A stretch of DNA of 63,693 nucleotides from an uncultured Clostridia bacterium (GCA_947589685.1 CANQCN010000002.1:1-63693), one strand, 5' to 3'; numbered from the stretch's first letter, positions 45,025 through 54,181 are shown. The notes: generated by a model not told the origin, from the letters alone. Numbers and translations: made by a program.

Positions 45025-45729
45025 TTATACCAGCTTGCCGATCTCCTTTTTTAGGCGGGAGATTATCTTCTTTTCCAAACGGGATATGTAGCTTTGCGAT
45101 ATGCCCAACATATCCGCGACCTCTTTTTGCGTGCGCTCGTCCTCGCCGTCCAAGCCGAAACGCATTTCGATTATTTGCTGCTCGCGCGCGCTCAACCGAG
45201 ACAAACCCTCTTCCAGCAGTTGGCGCTCCACTTCGTTTTCCACATGAGTGTAGATTGCGTCGCTGTCCGTGCCGAGTATGTCCGCAAGCAACAGCTCGTT
45301 GCCCTCGCCGTCCACGTTTAGCGGCTCGTCAAGGCTCACTTCCGTTTTGCGCTTGGACAGCTTGCGCAGATACATCAAAATTTCGTTTTCGATACAGCGG
45401 CTGGCGTAGGTGGCAAGCTTTATCTGCTTGTCGCGCCGAAAACTGTTGATAGCTTTGATGAGACCTATCGTGCCGACGGATACCAGATCTTCCATATCGA
45501 GACCGCTGCTTTCGAACTTTTTGGCGAGAAACACCACCAACCGCAGGTTGTGTTCCACCAACTTGTCCTTGGCTTCGTTGTCCCCTTCGGCGATTTTGTC
45601 CAGCAAGATCGCCTCTTCCTCCGCCGACAGCGGGTGGGGCAGCGCCTCCGTTCCGCACAGATAATGCACCGCTCTGTCCGAAAGGCGCAGATCGTCGAGT
45701 AATTTTTTCAGTAGTTGAATGAGCTTCAT
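45025..45729 (-). CDS. sigE: Sporulation sigma factor SigE (pro-sigma-E)
   Basis: HYLCGTEALPHPLSAEEE pro-sequence junction, NLRLVVFLAKKF, KLATYASRCIENEILMYLRK and MLGISQSYISRLEKKI. It directly follows spoIIGA. Confidence 0.9.
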   Translation of the reverse strand: MKLIQLLKKLLDDLRLSDRAVHYLCGTEALPHPLSAEEEAILLDKIAEGDNEAKDKLVEHNLRLVVFLAKKFESSGLDMEDLVSVGTIGLIKAINSFRRDKQIKLATYASRCIENEILMYLRKLSKRKTEVSLDEPLNVDGEGNELLLADILGTDSDAIYTHVENEVERQLLEEGLSRLSAREQQIIEMRFGLDGEDERTQKEVADMLGISQSYISRLEKKIISRLKKEIGKLV

Positions 45730-45730
45730 A

Positions 45731-46516
45731 TTAACCTCCGCAAAATTCGCTGTTGAGCAGCACGTTGTAGATCGTTTGACATTTTTCGGCGGGCAACGCC
45801 AGATATACCCTGCGCTGCTTGCCGCAAGCGTATATCGTCGCTTCCACCGCCTTGACGGTGACCGACCCCGCCACGGTAGATACGGGCACGCTTACAAATT
45901 TGCGTTCGAGCAGCTGCCGCGCATAGTAATCGGCAAACCCGCCGAACTTTTTCGTGACGAAGCAAACGGGCGTTCCGTCGTAGCTGAGGCTGTTGCCGCT
46001 GTCGCAAAAGCCCGTAACGTCGTATCGTTTGTTGAGCGTGACCGCTATTTTGACGATATGGGGCGCGATTTTTTTCGTCTGCTTGACGTAAACGGCTATG
46101 CCGTAACACAAAAATCCCACCGCAGCCGCCGCCAACACATAGACGAAAAGAGGCACGTTCATTTCGTAAAATGCGCCGTCGGCGTTGAGGTAGTCCACGT
46201 GAAAGAGATTGAACAGCCCGACAACGGCTCCGCCCGCAACAAATGTATATGCGACGGTTAGCAAAATATACCAAAAAAGTTTTTTGCCGAAACCAACGGT
46301 TACCGCGCACATCGCAAACAAGCAAGCCGCTTTCAACAAATACAGCCACACGCCCGCAAGATAAACGCTCGTCACGGCGCATGCCGCCCCCACCGCGCCG
46401 CCGAGGACAAGCCGCCATTTTTTTACGGGCAGTTTCAGCGTGACCGCCGCCGCCCACAGCAACAGCGCGTCCAAGACGAAATTGTCGCAAACAACGTACT
46501 CGACGTAAACGTTCAT
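45731..46516 (-). CDS. spoIIGA: Sigma-E processing peptidase SpoIIGA
   Basis: Trimmed to the ATG at 46516. Five TM helices and the catalytic GFCDSGNSL motif. Confidence 0.85.
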   Translation of the reverse strand: MNVYVEYVVCDNFVLDALLLWAAAVTLKLPVKKWRLVLGGAVGAACAVTSVYLAGVWLYLLKAACLFAMCAVTVGFGKKLFWYILLTVAYTFVAGGAVVGLFNLFHVDYLNADGAFYEMNVPLFVYVLAAAAVGFLCYGIAVYVKQTKKIAPHIVKIAVTLNKRYDVTGFCDSGNSLSYDGTPVCFVTKKFGGFADYYARQLLERKFVSVPVSTVAGSVTVKAVEATIYACGKQRRVYLALPAEKCQTIYNVLLNSEFCGG

Positions 46517-46638
46517 GCACGCATTGTAGCACCGCTCAAAAAGGTGTTTGTGCAAACTTTTGTTGTAGCAAACACTTTTTTGTCTACAAAAAAACGGAAC
46601 GGACTTGTTAAGCCGTTCCGTTGCGTTTTGCAGAGCCT

Positions 46639-47337
46639 TTACGCTTTCGTTTCCACTTCTATCGTGCGATAAACCTCGCCGTTGACATAGGGCATCGGGT
46701 CTGTCGCCTCTCCATTGAGCGTCACTTCGAGGTGCAGGTGCGGTCCCTCCTTGTACTCGCACTCTGCCGTGGTGCTTATATAACCCAACACGTCGCCTTG
46801 CTTTACGTTGTCGCCCGCCTTTACTTCGAGATCCTTCAAGGAAGCGTAGGTGGCGATGACTCCGTCGCCGTGGTCGATAGTGACGTAGTAGCCGTTGCCG
46901 AAGGTGGAATCCGCCTTGATGACGGTGCCGTCGTACATTGCCGTGACCTCGGCGCCCTCCTCGGCGTGAAGATCCACCGCTTTGTGCGCGCTCCATTCGT
47001 TGAGCGTTTGCTTCCACACAAACAGATGATCGGGTCCGTAGGTGTATTCCAACCCGACCTTGGTATATTCAAGAGGGGACTTGAAATATACGTCGATTTT
47101 TTGCTTGGACGGCGTTGTGGGTTGATCGTCGCCCGGCGTGACATCGCTCGGCTTGTTATCGTCGGGATTGCCCGATACGGGATCGTCGGGAACGACGTTG
47201 TTGTTATTTCTTGTCAAGGTAACGGCAAGCACCACCGCCGTTATTGCCAATACGCAAAATATCAGCAACAAGAGCGCCGCGTTGTTGCGTAAAAACCTTG
47301 TAAATTTGTTTGGTTGTTTACTGTTGCTATTGTTCAT
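46639..47337 (-). CDS. M23 family metallopeptidase with an N-terminal membrane anchor
   Basis: HKAVDL (HxxxD), GNGYYVTIDHG and PHLHLEV (HxH) motifs. RBS GGAGG. Confidence 0.8.
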   Translation of the reverse strand: MNNSNSKQPNKFTRFLRNNAALLLLIFCVLAITAVVLAVTLTRNNNNVVPDDPVSGNPDDNKPSDVTPGDDQPTTPSKQKIDVYFKSPLEYTKVGLEYTYGPDHLFVWKQTLNEWSAHKAVDLHAEEGAEVTAMYDGTVIKADSTFGNGYYVTIDHGDGVIATYASLKDLEVKAGDNVKQGDVLGYISTTAECEYKEGPHLHLEVTLNGEATDPMPYVNGEVYRTIEVETKA

Positions 47338-47474
47338 TGTTTGCCTCCGAAATTTGTTTGGTGAAAGTTTTTCCTATTTGCACGGCGTTTATACATGCTT
47401 TTTTGACATAACATCGACTATGTATCATTGCGCTTTATCCGCGCTCGCCGTTTGTCCGTTCGCCCGCGGCGAAG

Positions 47475-47930
47475 TCAATAGTCGCCGAGTATAAGCGGAC
47501 TGCCCACCGTCACTACGCCTCGATTGAAAGCTATCTGCACGTTTACCCGCGCGCCGCCCAGCCACACATAGCCGACTATCTTGGCGCTGTACCCGCAGAC
47601 GACCGTCAAACCGTCCAATTCCTGTCTGCTCACTTCGGCAACGGCAAGCCTTGCCGCAATGCGCTCCGCGTCCTCCGACGAGCCGCAAAAGCTGACGCTT
47701 ACGCCGTCCACGCCGTCGCACATTTCGAGAACGTCGCCAAGCGTCGCGCAGTCGCACCGCACCAGACGACCGTTGCCCATATCCACCGAGGGCAGGCTCG
47801 TGCTGCGACAGTAGACGCACGCCGTACCGTCGAAACGACTCGCGACCGTCTCGAATTTACGCGGCAAAAAGCAACATAGCGCGCCGACGATCACCGCCGT
47901 CAAAATAAAAACCGCTGCAAATCTTTTCAT
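47475..47930 (-). CDS. Small secreted protein with a YwmB-like C-terminus
   Basis: Start at the ATG at 47930 with a signal/anchor MKRFAAVFILTAVIVGALC. The C-terminus VNVQIAFNRGVVTVGSPLILGDY resembles the YwmB-family end MNLQIAL...VTVGTPIVTTEY. Confidence 0.45.
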   Translation of the reverse strand: MKRFAAVFILTAVIVGALCCFLPRKFETVASRFDGTACVYCRSTSLPSVDMGNGRLVRCDCATLGDVLEMCDGVDGVSVSFCGSSEDAERIAARLAVAEVSRQELDGLTVVCGYSAKIVGYVWLGGARVNVQIAFNRGVVTVGSPLILGDY

Positions 47931-48029
47931 ACTTTCACCGTTAGCAGTGTTGACAAAAGCGTCGCTCGGAATACAAGGCAAAACAAAAAGGCGTGTCGAA
48001 ACACGCCGAAAAATAAAAAAGTTGATTTC

Positions 48030-48475
48030 TTACACCCCTCTTCCACCACCTATCGGTGGTCCCCCTTCCCCGTAAATTGTGCTTTGCGCAATTGACGGGG
48101 AAGGTCTGTTGTCACTGTTGTTGACTGTGTCTCCGCGAATGGGGGGGGTGGGCGAAGGGGCGTGGCGCGTTAAACCAATCACCACGGTGTGGTGTTGGTA
48201 GCTGCCACGTGAGGGCGCACTTGTCCTTTCCGTGCGCCCGTGTGCCTTATATGGAACGGTGGCTAACGGGGTCCCCGTCAAGTCGACAAAGGAGACTTGA
48301 TGGGGAGAGGAGCAGCCGCCCGACAGCGATACCGCCCGCGCTTATTGGCACGGGCGGTGATGTCAAGGGCGAGCTGCGACGACGGAGCGAGGGTGTTCCA
48401 ACGCAAAATAATCTGCAACGAGGGCACGCAGTGCGCGAAGCGAAGCCGTTTTGCACCGAATACCCGACGCGACTT
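48030..48475 (+). repeat. SIR copy 4 (mosaic/divergent form)
   Basis: Module A spans 48086-48150. A two-hairpin domain follows: CGTGGC/GCCACG (48161/48204), CACCAC/GTGGTG (48180-48194) and GGGCGCAC/GTGCGCCC (48213-48239). This domain is homologous to 19529-19609. Module B (48384-48473) ends 2 nt from the prs stop codon. Confidence 0.8.
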
Positions 48476-49429
48476 TTACTCAAATAGCTTGCTCATCGGC
48501 AGGTCCGTGTAAACGCGCTCGATTGCCTCGGCAAAGATGTCGGCTATCGACACTATTTCTATCTTGTCGATGCGCTTTTCGGGAGGCAATTCGATTGTGT
48601 CCAACACGATGACCTTGGAAAGGGCGCTTTGTTGCAGCCGTTCTATCGCGGGACCGCTGAGTACGGGGTGCGTGCAGCAAGCGATGACCTGCTTGGCGCC
48701 ATGCTCGACGAGCGCCTGAGCGCCCTGACATATGGTGCCGCCTGTGTCTATCATATCGTCCAACATCAGACAGGTGCGACCTTTTACGTCGCCGATAACG
48801 TTCATCACTTCCATTACGTTGGCGCGGGGACGGCGCTTGTCGATGATGGCAAGGGGCGCTTCGAAGCGCGACGCCATTGCACGTGAGCGCACCACGCTGC
48901 CCGTATCGGGACTGACGATGGTGAGATCCTTGGGAACGCCCACCTTTTTGATGTACTTGGTAAGCACGGGCATGCCCAGCAAATTGTCCACGGGAATGTT
49001 GAAAAAGCCCTGCACCTGACTGCTGTGCAGATCCATTGTCAGCACGCGGTTGGCGCCCGCAGTCTGGATAATATCCGCCACCACCTTTGCGGAGATGGGG
49101 TCGCGAGCGTGCGCTTGACGATCCTGACGGGCGTAGCCGAAATAGGGCATTACCGCCGTGATACGAGCGGCGGAGGCGCGTTTGCATGCGTCGCAAATAA
49201 GCAACAGCTCCATCAGGTTGTCATTGACGGGCGTGTTGGTGGATTGGACGATAAATACGTCGCAGCCGCGGACGGATTCGCGTATGTTGACGCTTGTTTC
49301 TCCGTCGCTGAACTTGCCCACGTCCAGCTGCCCAAGCTCCACATCCAACTGCTGGCAGATCTGCCGAGCAAGCGTTCGACCGGAAGTTCCCGCAAAAATC
49401 TTGATGGCGCCGTGTACCTGATTGAGCAT
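48476..49429 (-). CDS. prs: Ribose-phosphate pyrophosphokinase
   Basis: IKIFAGTSGRTLARQI, MPYFGYARQDR and DDMIDTGGT motifs. Start at the ATG at 49429. Confidence 0.93.
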   Translation of the reverse strand: MLNQVHGAIKIFAGTSGRTLARQICQQLDVELGQLDVGKFSDGETSVNIRESVRGCDVFIVQSTNTPVNDNLMELLLICDACKRASAARITAVMPYFGYARQDRQAHARDPISAKVVADIIQTAGANRVLTMDLHSSQVQGFFNIPVDNLLGMPVLTKYIKKVGVPKDLTIVSPDTGSVVRSRAMASRFEAPLAIIDKRRPRANVMEVMNVIGDVKGRTCLMLDDMIDTGGTICQGAQALVEHGAKQVIACCTHPVLSGPAIERLQQSALSKVIVLDTIELPPEKRIDKIEIVSIADIFAEAIERVYTDLPMSKLFE

Positions 49430-49537
49430 ATAGAGTCCCGCTCCTATGGAAAATTTACACTGATATTGTAGCTTTTGATACAAAAAGTGTCAAGCAATTG
49501 AGGCGGGTATGTAACCCCCGAATATCGGGGGCGGCTA

Positions 49538-49687
49538 TTACTTGTGGACGTAGTCGCCGCAGTAATGCGCGGTTTCACAGTCCGTAGAGGGCGTGACGGT
49601 GATTTGCGAAAGCTTGCAGCAATTTTGCATGCCGTCGTGATACTTGCACGCGCAAACGTCACAATTGATGGTCTGTTGATTTTTCAT
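49538..49687 (-). CDS. DUF1540-like small Cys-rich protein (49 aa, below the ORF-track cut-off)
   Basis: GGAGGTG then ATG. The sequence is MKNQQTINCDVCACKYHDGMQNCCKLSQITVTPSTDCETAHYCGDYVHK. A hairpin CCCCCG/CGGGGG lies downstream (49514-49530). Confidence 0.6.
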   Translation of the reverse strand: MKNQQTINCDVCACKYHDGMQNCCKLSQITVTPSTDCETAHYCGDYVHK

Positions 49688-49823
49688 AATACACCTCCTA
49701 CGCTAAGTGTGCCCATTTACGCCAAAACAATACCGCGCCCTATTGACGAAAAGCGCTATTTTGTGGTATACTGAGATATATATGCTTGCCGAAAGGCATA
49801 CAGCGGTCAACGGAGGAGTCGAT

Positions 49824-50261
49824 ATGAAAATTTTACTGCTTGCCGACGTTAAAGGTCAGGGGAAAAAAGGCGACGTTATCAATGTGTCCGACGGCTACGC
49901 AAACAATTTTTTGCTCAAACGCGGCTTGGGCGCGGTTGCCACCGCCGACAAGATCAACTCGGTGGAAATACACAACAAAGCGGTAGAAAAACAAAAAGCC
50001 GCCGAACAGCAAAAAGCTCGCGAGGACGCCGCGCGTCTCAAAGGACAAACGGTGCGCATAACCGCCGCTACCGGCTCGCAAGGTAAAATGTACGGCAGCA
50101 TAACCAACAAGGAAATAGCCGACGAGCTGTCCAAAATGGGCTACACCGTGGACAAAAAACAGGTCATACTCAAAGAGCCTATTCGCGCGACGGGCAACTA
50201 CACCGCCACCGTAAAGCTCTATGCGGAAATTGCCGTTCAGATAAATATTGTCGTAGATTAG
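49824..50261 (+). CDS. rplI: 50S ribosomal protein L9
   Basis: MKILLLADVKGQGKKGDVINVSDGYANNFLLKRGLG. TAG stop. Confidence 0.92.
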   Translation: MKILLLADVKGQGKKGDVINVSDGYANNFLLKRGLGAVATADKINSVEIHNKAVEKQKAAEQQKAREDAARLKGQTVRITAATGSQGKMYGSITNKEIADELSKMGYTVDKKQVILKEPIRATGNYTATVKLYAEIAVQINIVVD

Positions 50262-50468
50262 CCGCCCTACCGCACGACGAACCCGACTTTTCGCAGATAA
50301 AGTCGGGTTCTGTCTCATAAAAGCGGCGAAAAGCCCGTTGCGCTTTTCAAAAGTATAAAAACCGACAAATAAAAGCCGAAACATCCGACAACGAACGCGC
50401 TTCGGCAACGGCAAACGACCGCGCCGCCCACGCCGCGGCAAACGTATATGTAAAGTAAGGTATAGACA

Positions 50469-51569
50469 ATGATCGAAAAAGTAAACAAAAGAAATCTGCG
50501 CAAGTTTGTGGATTTTCCCGACAGACTGTACGACGGCGACGCCAATTACGTACCCTATATGAAAGGCGATTTGACAAAGACGCTGTTCAAACTGCTGTTC
50601 GAAGATAAAAACTATGTTGCGTTGCTATCCACGAATGAAAACAAAGCGCAGGCGCGTATTTTGCTGACCGTGGACAAAAACAAACAGCTCCGCACGGATA
50701 AATGCGGATTTTTCTGCATGTTCGAGTGCGTATACGACAACGACGTGTGCAAGGAGCTGCTTGACGCAGCAGCGCAAACGTTGCGCCAAATGGGCGCGGA
50801 GTATATGTCGGGCACTTACTTTCCGCACGACCCGGACAATCGCCGCGGCATTCTGGTGGACGGTTTCGACGCGCCGCCGCTGGTGTTTACGTCCTACAAC
50901 AAGCCCTACTACGACGAATTGCTGACAAACTACGGTATGAAAAAGCAAACGGACGCTTTGCAGTACAAGATCGATCTGCAAAACAACGAATATCTGCGCG
51001 TAAAACGCGTGGACGAATTTTCTCGCAAAAGATACAACTATCGCGTGGATACCGTAGATTGGAAAAACATCGACCGCGATATAGCGGACTTCCACACCGT
51101 TATGCAGGTCGCCACCAACGACATTATCTACCAAGACGCTCCCTCTGTCGACGCGCTCAACTCCATAGTCAAGACTTGGAAAAGATACCTGAACAAGGAC
51201 TACATTCTCATCGCGCGCGACAATGATACCGATAAGCCGTTGGGAATATTGATGGCTCTGCCCGACTACTTCGAGCTGTTTGCAAAAATGCGCGGACGGC
51301 TGGATCTGCGCGGCTTGCACGTATTTTTGCGGAACCGCAAAAAAATTCACGGGTTGCGCGCAATGCTGCAATACGTCGTGCCGAAATACCAAAATACGGG
51401 CATGCTGATGTCGATGTACTGCAAGCTGGGGGACGCCATTAAAGCGCACGGAGTAACGCGGTTGGAGGCGGGCACCATTATGGAAAACAACGCGCCCAGC
51501 AACAGCGTAGTGCAAAGCGTGGGAGGCTCGCTTGCGCGCAGATACCGCTTGTATTACAAGGAGATATAG
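50469..51569 (+). CDS. Uncharacterised protein, possibly GNAT-fold N-acetyltransferase-like
   Basis: 366 aa. The N-terminus KFVDFPDRLYDGDANYVPYMKGD resembles a family usually annotated as N-acetyltransferase. This is recalled by memory only. Confidence 0.4.
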   Translation: MIEKVNKRNLRKFVDFPDRLYDGDANYVPYMKGDLTKTLFKLLFEDKNYVALLSTNENKAQARILLTVDKNKQLRTDKCGFFCMFECVYDNDVCKELLDAAAQTLRQMGAEYMSGTYFPHDPDNRRGILVDGFDAPPLVFTSYNKPYYDELLTNYGMKKQTDALQYKIDLQNNEYLRVKRVDEFSRKRYNYRVDTVDWKNIDRDIADFHTVMQVATNDIIYQDAPSVDALNSIVKTWKRYLNKDYILIARDNDTDKPLGILMALPDYFELFAKMRGRLDLRGLHVFLRNRKKIHGLRAMLQYVVPKYQNTGMLMSMYCKLGDAIKAHGVTRLEAGTIMENNAPSNSVVQSVGGSLARRYRLYYKEI

Positions 51570-51571
51570 AT

Positions 51572-52495
51572 ATGTATTTGCTGTTGGCGGCAAGCTCGCC
51601 TTGGCAGACGGTTTGCACCGTTTTGGCGTTGATTTTTATGCTTGCAATGCCGGCTTTTATACTTTGGTCGGTAAAAAAAGTAAAGTTTTTGGGATTTATC
51701 GGGGCTATCGCGCTATGTTATTTGCTGGGATTGATCGTTTCGGTGATACCCATTCCCTACGACAGGGGACTGACGGAAACGGTAAGCAGCGTGTTTGTGG
51801 CGATAGCCATTCCGCTGATTTTGTTCACGTTCGATATAGGCAGCGTACGCTATCTGGCAAAAAGCACCGTGATTTCCTTTGTATTGGTCATTTTTTCCGC
51901 CATGGCGGTGTCCGTTGCGTCGTTTTTTGCTGCGAATGCGGCGGGACTCGGCAACGCAAACGTGCTGTCCGGAATGACAACGGGGCTGTACACGGGCGGA
52001 ACGCCGAATATGATCGCCATTGCCAAGGCGCTGATGGGCAATGACTCGTCCGACTTGATCGCAGCGGCGCAAATATCCGACTTTTTTGTGGGTGGGGTGT
52101 ACTTTTTGTTGATATTGACCGTTATCAAACCGCTGTACAAGCGGTTTCTCGGAGACAAAAAGCCGCATAACGACAGACGCCAACCTTTGGAGAGCGACGG
52201 CGCGTATATGCAAGATGTCAGCGGCGCCGCCGAAGAATACGATTTTGCGTCTATTCCGCGCGACAAAAAATCTATCGCAAAACTGCTTGCGGTAATTTTG
52301 CTTGCGGTGGCGTGCCTCGGATCGGGCGTTGGTTTGGAAATTCTCATCAACGGCGACATGCAAGGCAGTTTGTACATAATATTGACCGTTTCGATACTCG
52401 GCATTGCGTTCAGCTTCGTCAAACCGATACGCCGCGTAAAGGGACCTTATCAAATAGGTCAATATATGGTGCTGGTTTTTTCGTTGGGCTTGTAG
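51572..52495 (+). CDS. DUF819 family membrane protein, N-terminal 307 codons (ends at an in-frame TAG)
   Basis: Polytopic. GMTTGLYTGGTPNMIAIAKAL is the DUF819 pattern. The frame continues after the TAG at 52493-52495. Confidence 0.7.
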   Translation: MYLLLAASSPWQTVCTVLALIFMLAMPAFILWSVKKVKFLGFIGAIALCYLLGLIVSVIPIPYDRGLTETVSSVFVAIAIPLILFTFDIGSVRYLAKSTVISFVLVIFSAMAVSVASFFAANAAGLGNANVLSGMTTGLYTGGTPNMIAIAKALMGNDSSDLIAAAQISDFFVGGVYFLLILTVIKPLYKRFLGDKKPHNDRRQPLESDGAYMQDVSGAAEEYDFASIPRDKKSIAKLLAVILLAVACLGSGVGLEILINGDMQGSLYIILTVSILGIAFSFVKPIRRVKGPYQIGQYMVLVFSLGL

Positions 52496-52801
52496 ATGAG
52501 TATCGACGTATCGCAGCTGGTGCGCGAGATATTGCCCACGTTGGCGTTTTTTGCCTGCTCGCAAGTGGCGGTGATACTGCTGCATCTGTTGCTGTGCAAA
52601 ATTTTCCGCATAGACGCGGGCACCGCATTGATAACAAGCACCGCGGGTATCTACGGTCCGCCCTTTATCGCGCCCGTGGCAAACGCTTTCGGCGATCGCG
52701 ACTTGATAGTGCCGGGCGTGATCTGCGGTACGCTCGGACTTGCGATCGGCACTTTGTTGGGCTGGGGCTTGGGCGCGCTGCTCGGTATGATAGTAATTTG
52801 A
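52496..52801 (+). CDS. DUF819 family membrane protein, C-terminal 101 codons (same frame as 51572..52495)
   Basis: ATG immediately after the TAG. ITSTAGIYGPPFIAPVANAFGDRDLIVPGVICGTLGLAIGT matches the C-terminal DUF819 repeat. Confidence 0.6.
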   Translation: MSIDVSQLVREILPTLAFFACSQVAVILLHLLLCKIFRIDAGTALITSTAGIYGPPFIAPVANAFGDRDLIVPGVICGTLGLAIGTLLGWGLGALLGMIVI

Positions 52802-52809
52802 GGTGAAAT

Positions 52810-53295
52810 ATGAAACCGGAATTGAACACATTGCAAATTTTCAACAAGGATTGGGCGCTGGTAACAGCCGGCGATAAACAAAGCTTCAATACGATGACGA
52901 TAGGTTGGGGCGGATTGGGCACGCTGTGGTCCAAACCCGTCGCCACGGTGTACGTCAAACCCTGCCGCTACACGCACGGGTTTATGGAACGAAACGATTA
53001 CTTTACCGTCAGCTTTTTTGACGGAAAGTACAAAAAAGAGCTGGGCGTGCTTGGCACAAAGTCGGGCAGAGATTGCGACAAGGTGGCTTTGAGCGGACTT
53101 ACGCCGCGTTTTTTGCCGAATGGGGTGACTTTTTGCGAGGCTTGCACCACGCTCGTATGCAAAAAAATATACCGTCAGGACCTTGATTTGAACGCCATGC
53201 CGCAAGACGCCGTCGACCGCTATTACCAAGGCGAAGCGCCGCACACCATGTACATCGGCGAGGTCGTGGATATTATCCGAAACAGCGACGTTTGA
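52810..53295 (+). CDS. Flavin reductase-like (FMN-binding split-barrel) domain protein
   Basis: 161 aa with WALVTAGDKQSFNTMTIGWGGLGTLWSKPVATVYVKPCRYTH. Confidence 0.6.
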   Translation: MKPELNTLQIFNKDWALVTAGDKQSFNTMTIGWGGLGTLWSKPVATVYVKPCRYTHGFMERNDYFTVSFFDGKYKKELGVLGTKSGRDCDKVALSGLTPRFLPNGVTFCEACTTLVCKKIYRQDLDLNAMPQDAVDRYYQGEAPHTMYIGEVVDIIRNSDV

Positions 53296-53350
53296 TCGCG
53301 GCGTAAAAAAGCACGCGCTTTTTGCCGAACAAGGCAAATCCGTTTACATT

Positions 53351-54025
53351 ATGAAATTTTACAAACTCGATAGCGCCGAGGCTATCGCAAAGCTGGTAAA
53401 CGAAATAGGCTTTTTGCCCTTTTTCGCCAACGAAACAGTCGGGTTTTCCGTCGAAGAAAACTGCCCCTCCGAGCTGTGGTTTTCCGATACGGCGGACGGT
53501 CCGTGGGAGTGGAAGGGTCCCGTGATACGCAGCGGCTGTCTGTACGGGAAATTTTTTCGCAACAAGGCGGGCTTCGTCAGCCGAGAATGGTTTGCAGACT
53601 TTGCCAACTACCGCCGCGACGGGTACGACTTCGACAGCCGAATGGACGAGGGAATAGCGCCCAAAAAAGAGGCGGAACTGTACCTTGCCGTGACAAATCA
53701 AGGCAAATTGCTATCCAAACGACTCAAACAGCTGTGCGACTACCGCAAGGGCGGCAACACGGGTTTCGAAACGGCGATCACGCGCTTGCAAATGCAAACC
53801 TATGTGGACACAAGCGACTTTGTTTACATGACGGACAAAACGGGCAAAACCTACGGTTGGGGCGTGGCGGAATACTCTACTCCCGAATATCGTTTCGGTT
53901 ACGACGAAATAACCACCGCATACAAGCGCGAACCCGCCGAAAGCTTCCGTCGCATAGTCCGTCACCTGCAAACGGTGTTTCCCGAAGCAGACAAACAGAC
54001 GATAGAAAAAACGATAAAATTGTAG
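53351..54025 (+). CDS. Hypothetical protein, possibly AlkZ/YcaQ-related winged-helix protein
   Basis: 224 aa with GFLPFF...GFSVEE...WFSDTADGPWEWKGPV...YGKFFRNKAGFVSREWF. The family assignment is from memory only. Confidence 0.4.
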   Translation: MKFYKLDSAEAIAKLVNEIGFLPFFANETVGFSVEENCPSELWFSDTADGPWEWKGPVIRSGCLYGKFFRNKAGFVSREWFADFANYRRDGYDFDSRMDEGIAPKKEAELYLAVTNQGKLLSKRLKQLCDYRKGGNTGFETAITRLQMQTYVDTSDFVYMTDKTGKTYGWGVAEYSTPEYRFGYDEITTAYKREPAESFRRIVRHLQTVFPEADKQTIEKTIKL

Positions 54026-54070
54026 CCTATCGGCGGCGTTCACGACGAAAAATTCAATACAAAACAATCG

Positions 54071-54178
54071 AAAAAAATCGACCTCGTTGACGGAGGTCGA
54101 TTTTTTTGATAGATGTCGATTGGACATTCGATCGCTTGCGCGTAACGGAGCAATCGACCGACGCACGTGTGGTCGGTA
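54071..54178 (+). repeat. SIR 3' module alone (AAATCGAC hairpin/T7 plus twin hairpins)
   Basis: AAATCGACCTC-GTTGACG-GAGGTCGATTTTTTT (54075-54107) is followed by GTCGATTG...GCAATCGACCGACGCACGTGTGGTCGG. This parallels 344-450, 22049-22156 and 19296-19404(-). Confidence 0.75.
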
Positions 54179-54181
54179 GGA

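Noticed and set aside
48213-48239. Idea that the GC hairpin loop in copy 4 is the inverted (flipped) version of the loop in copy 2 (19538-19551)
   Set aside because: The loop similarity after reverse-complementing (GGAAAGGACAAG against GUGGAACAAAAG) is too weak to distinguish from chance by eye. It is left out of the claims.
48262-48340. Resemblance to c-di-AMP (ydaO-type) riboswitch strings (ACGGGG...CCGCCCGA)
   Set aside because: Only isolated short matches are present. The pseudo-two-fold arrangement and flanking conserved positions are absent, and there is no downstream regulated gene in the right orientation.
52493-52495. In-frame TAG as a recoded (pyrrolysine-type) codon
   Set aside because: TAG is used as an ordinary stop in this window (rplI at 50259-50261 and gene 11874..12413 at 12411-12413). 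No pyl genes or PYLIS-like context were seen, and an ATG follows directly. A nonsense split or restart is more parsimonious.
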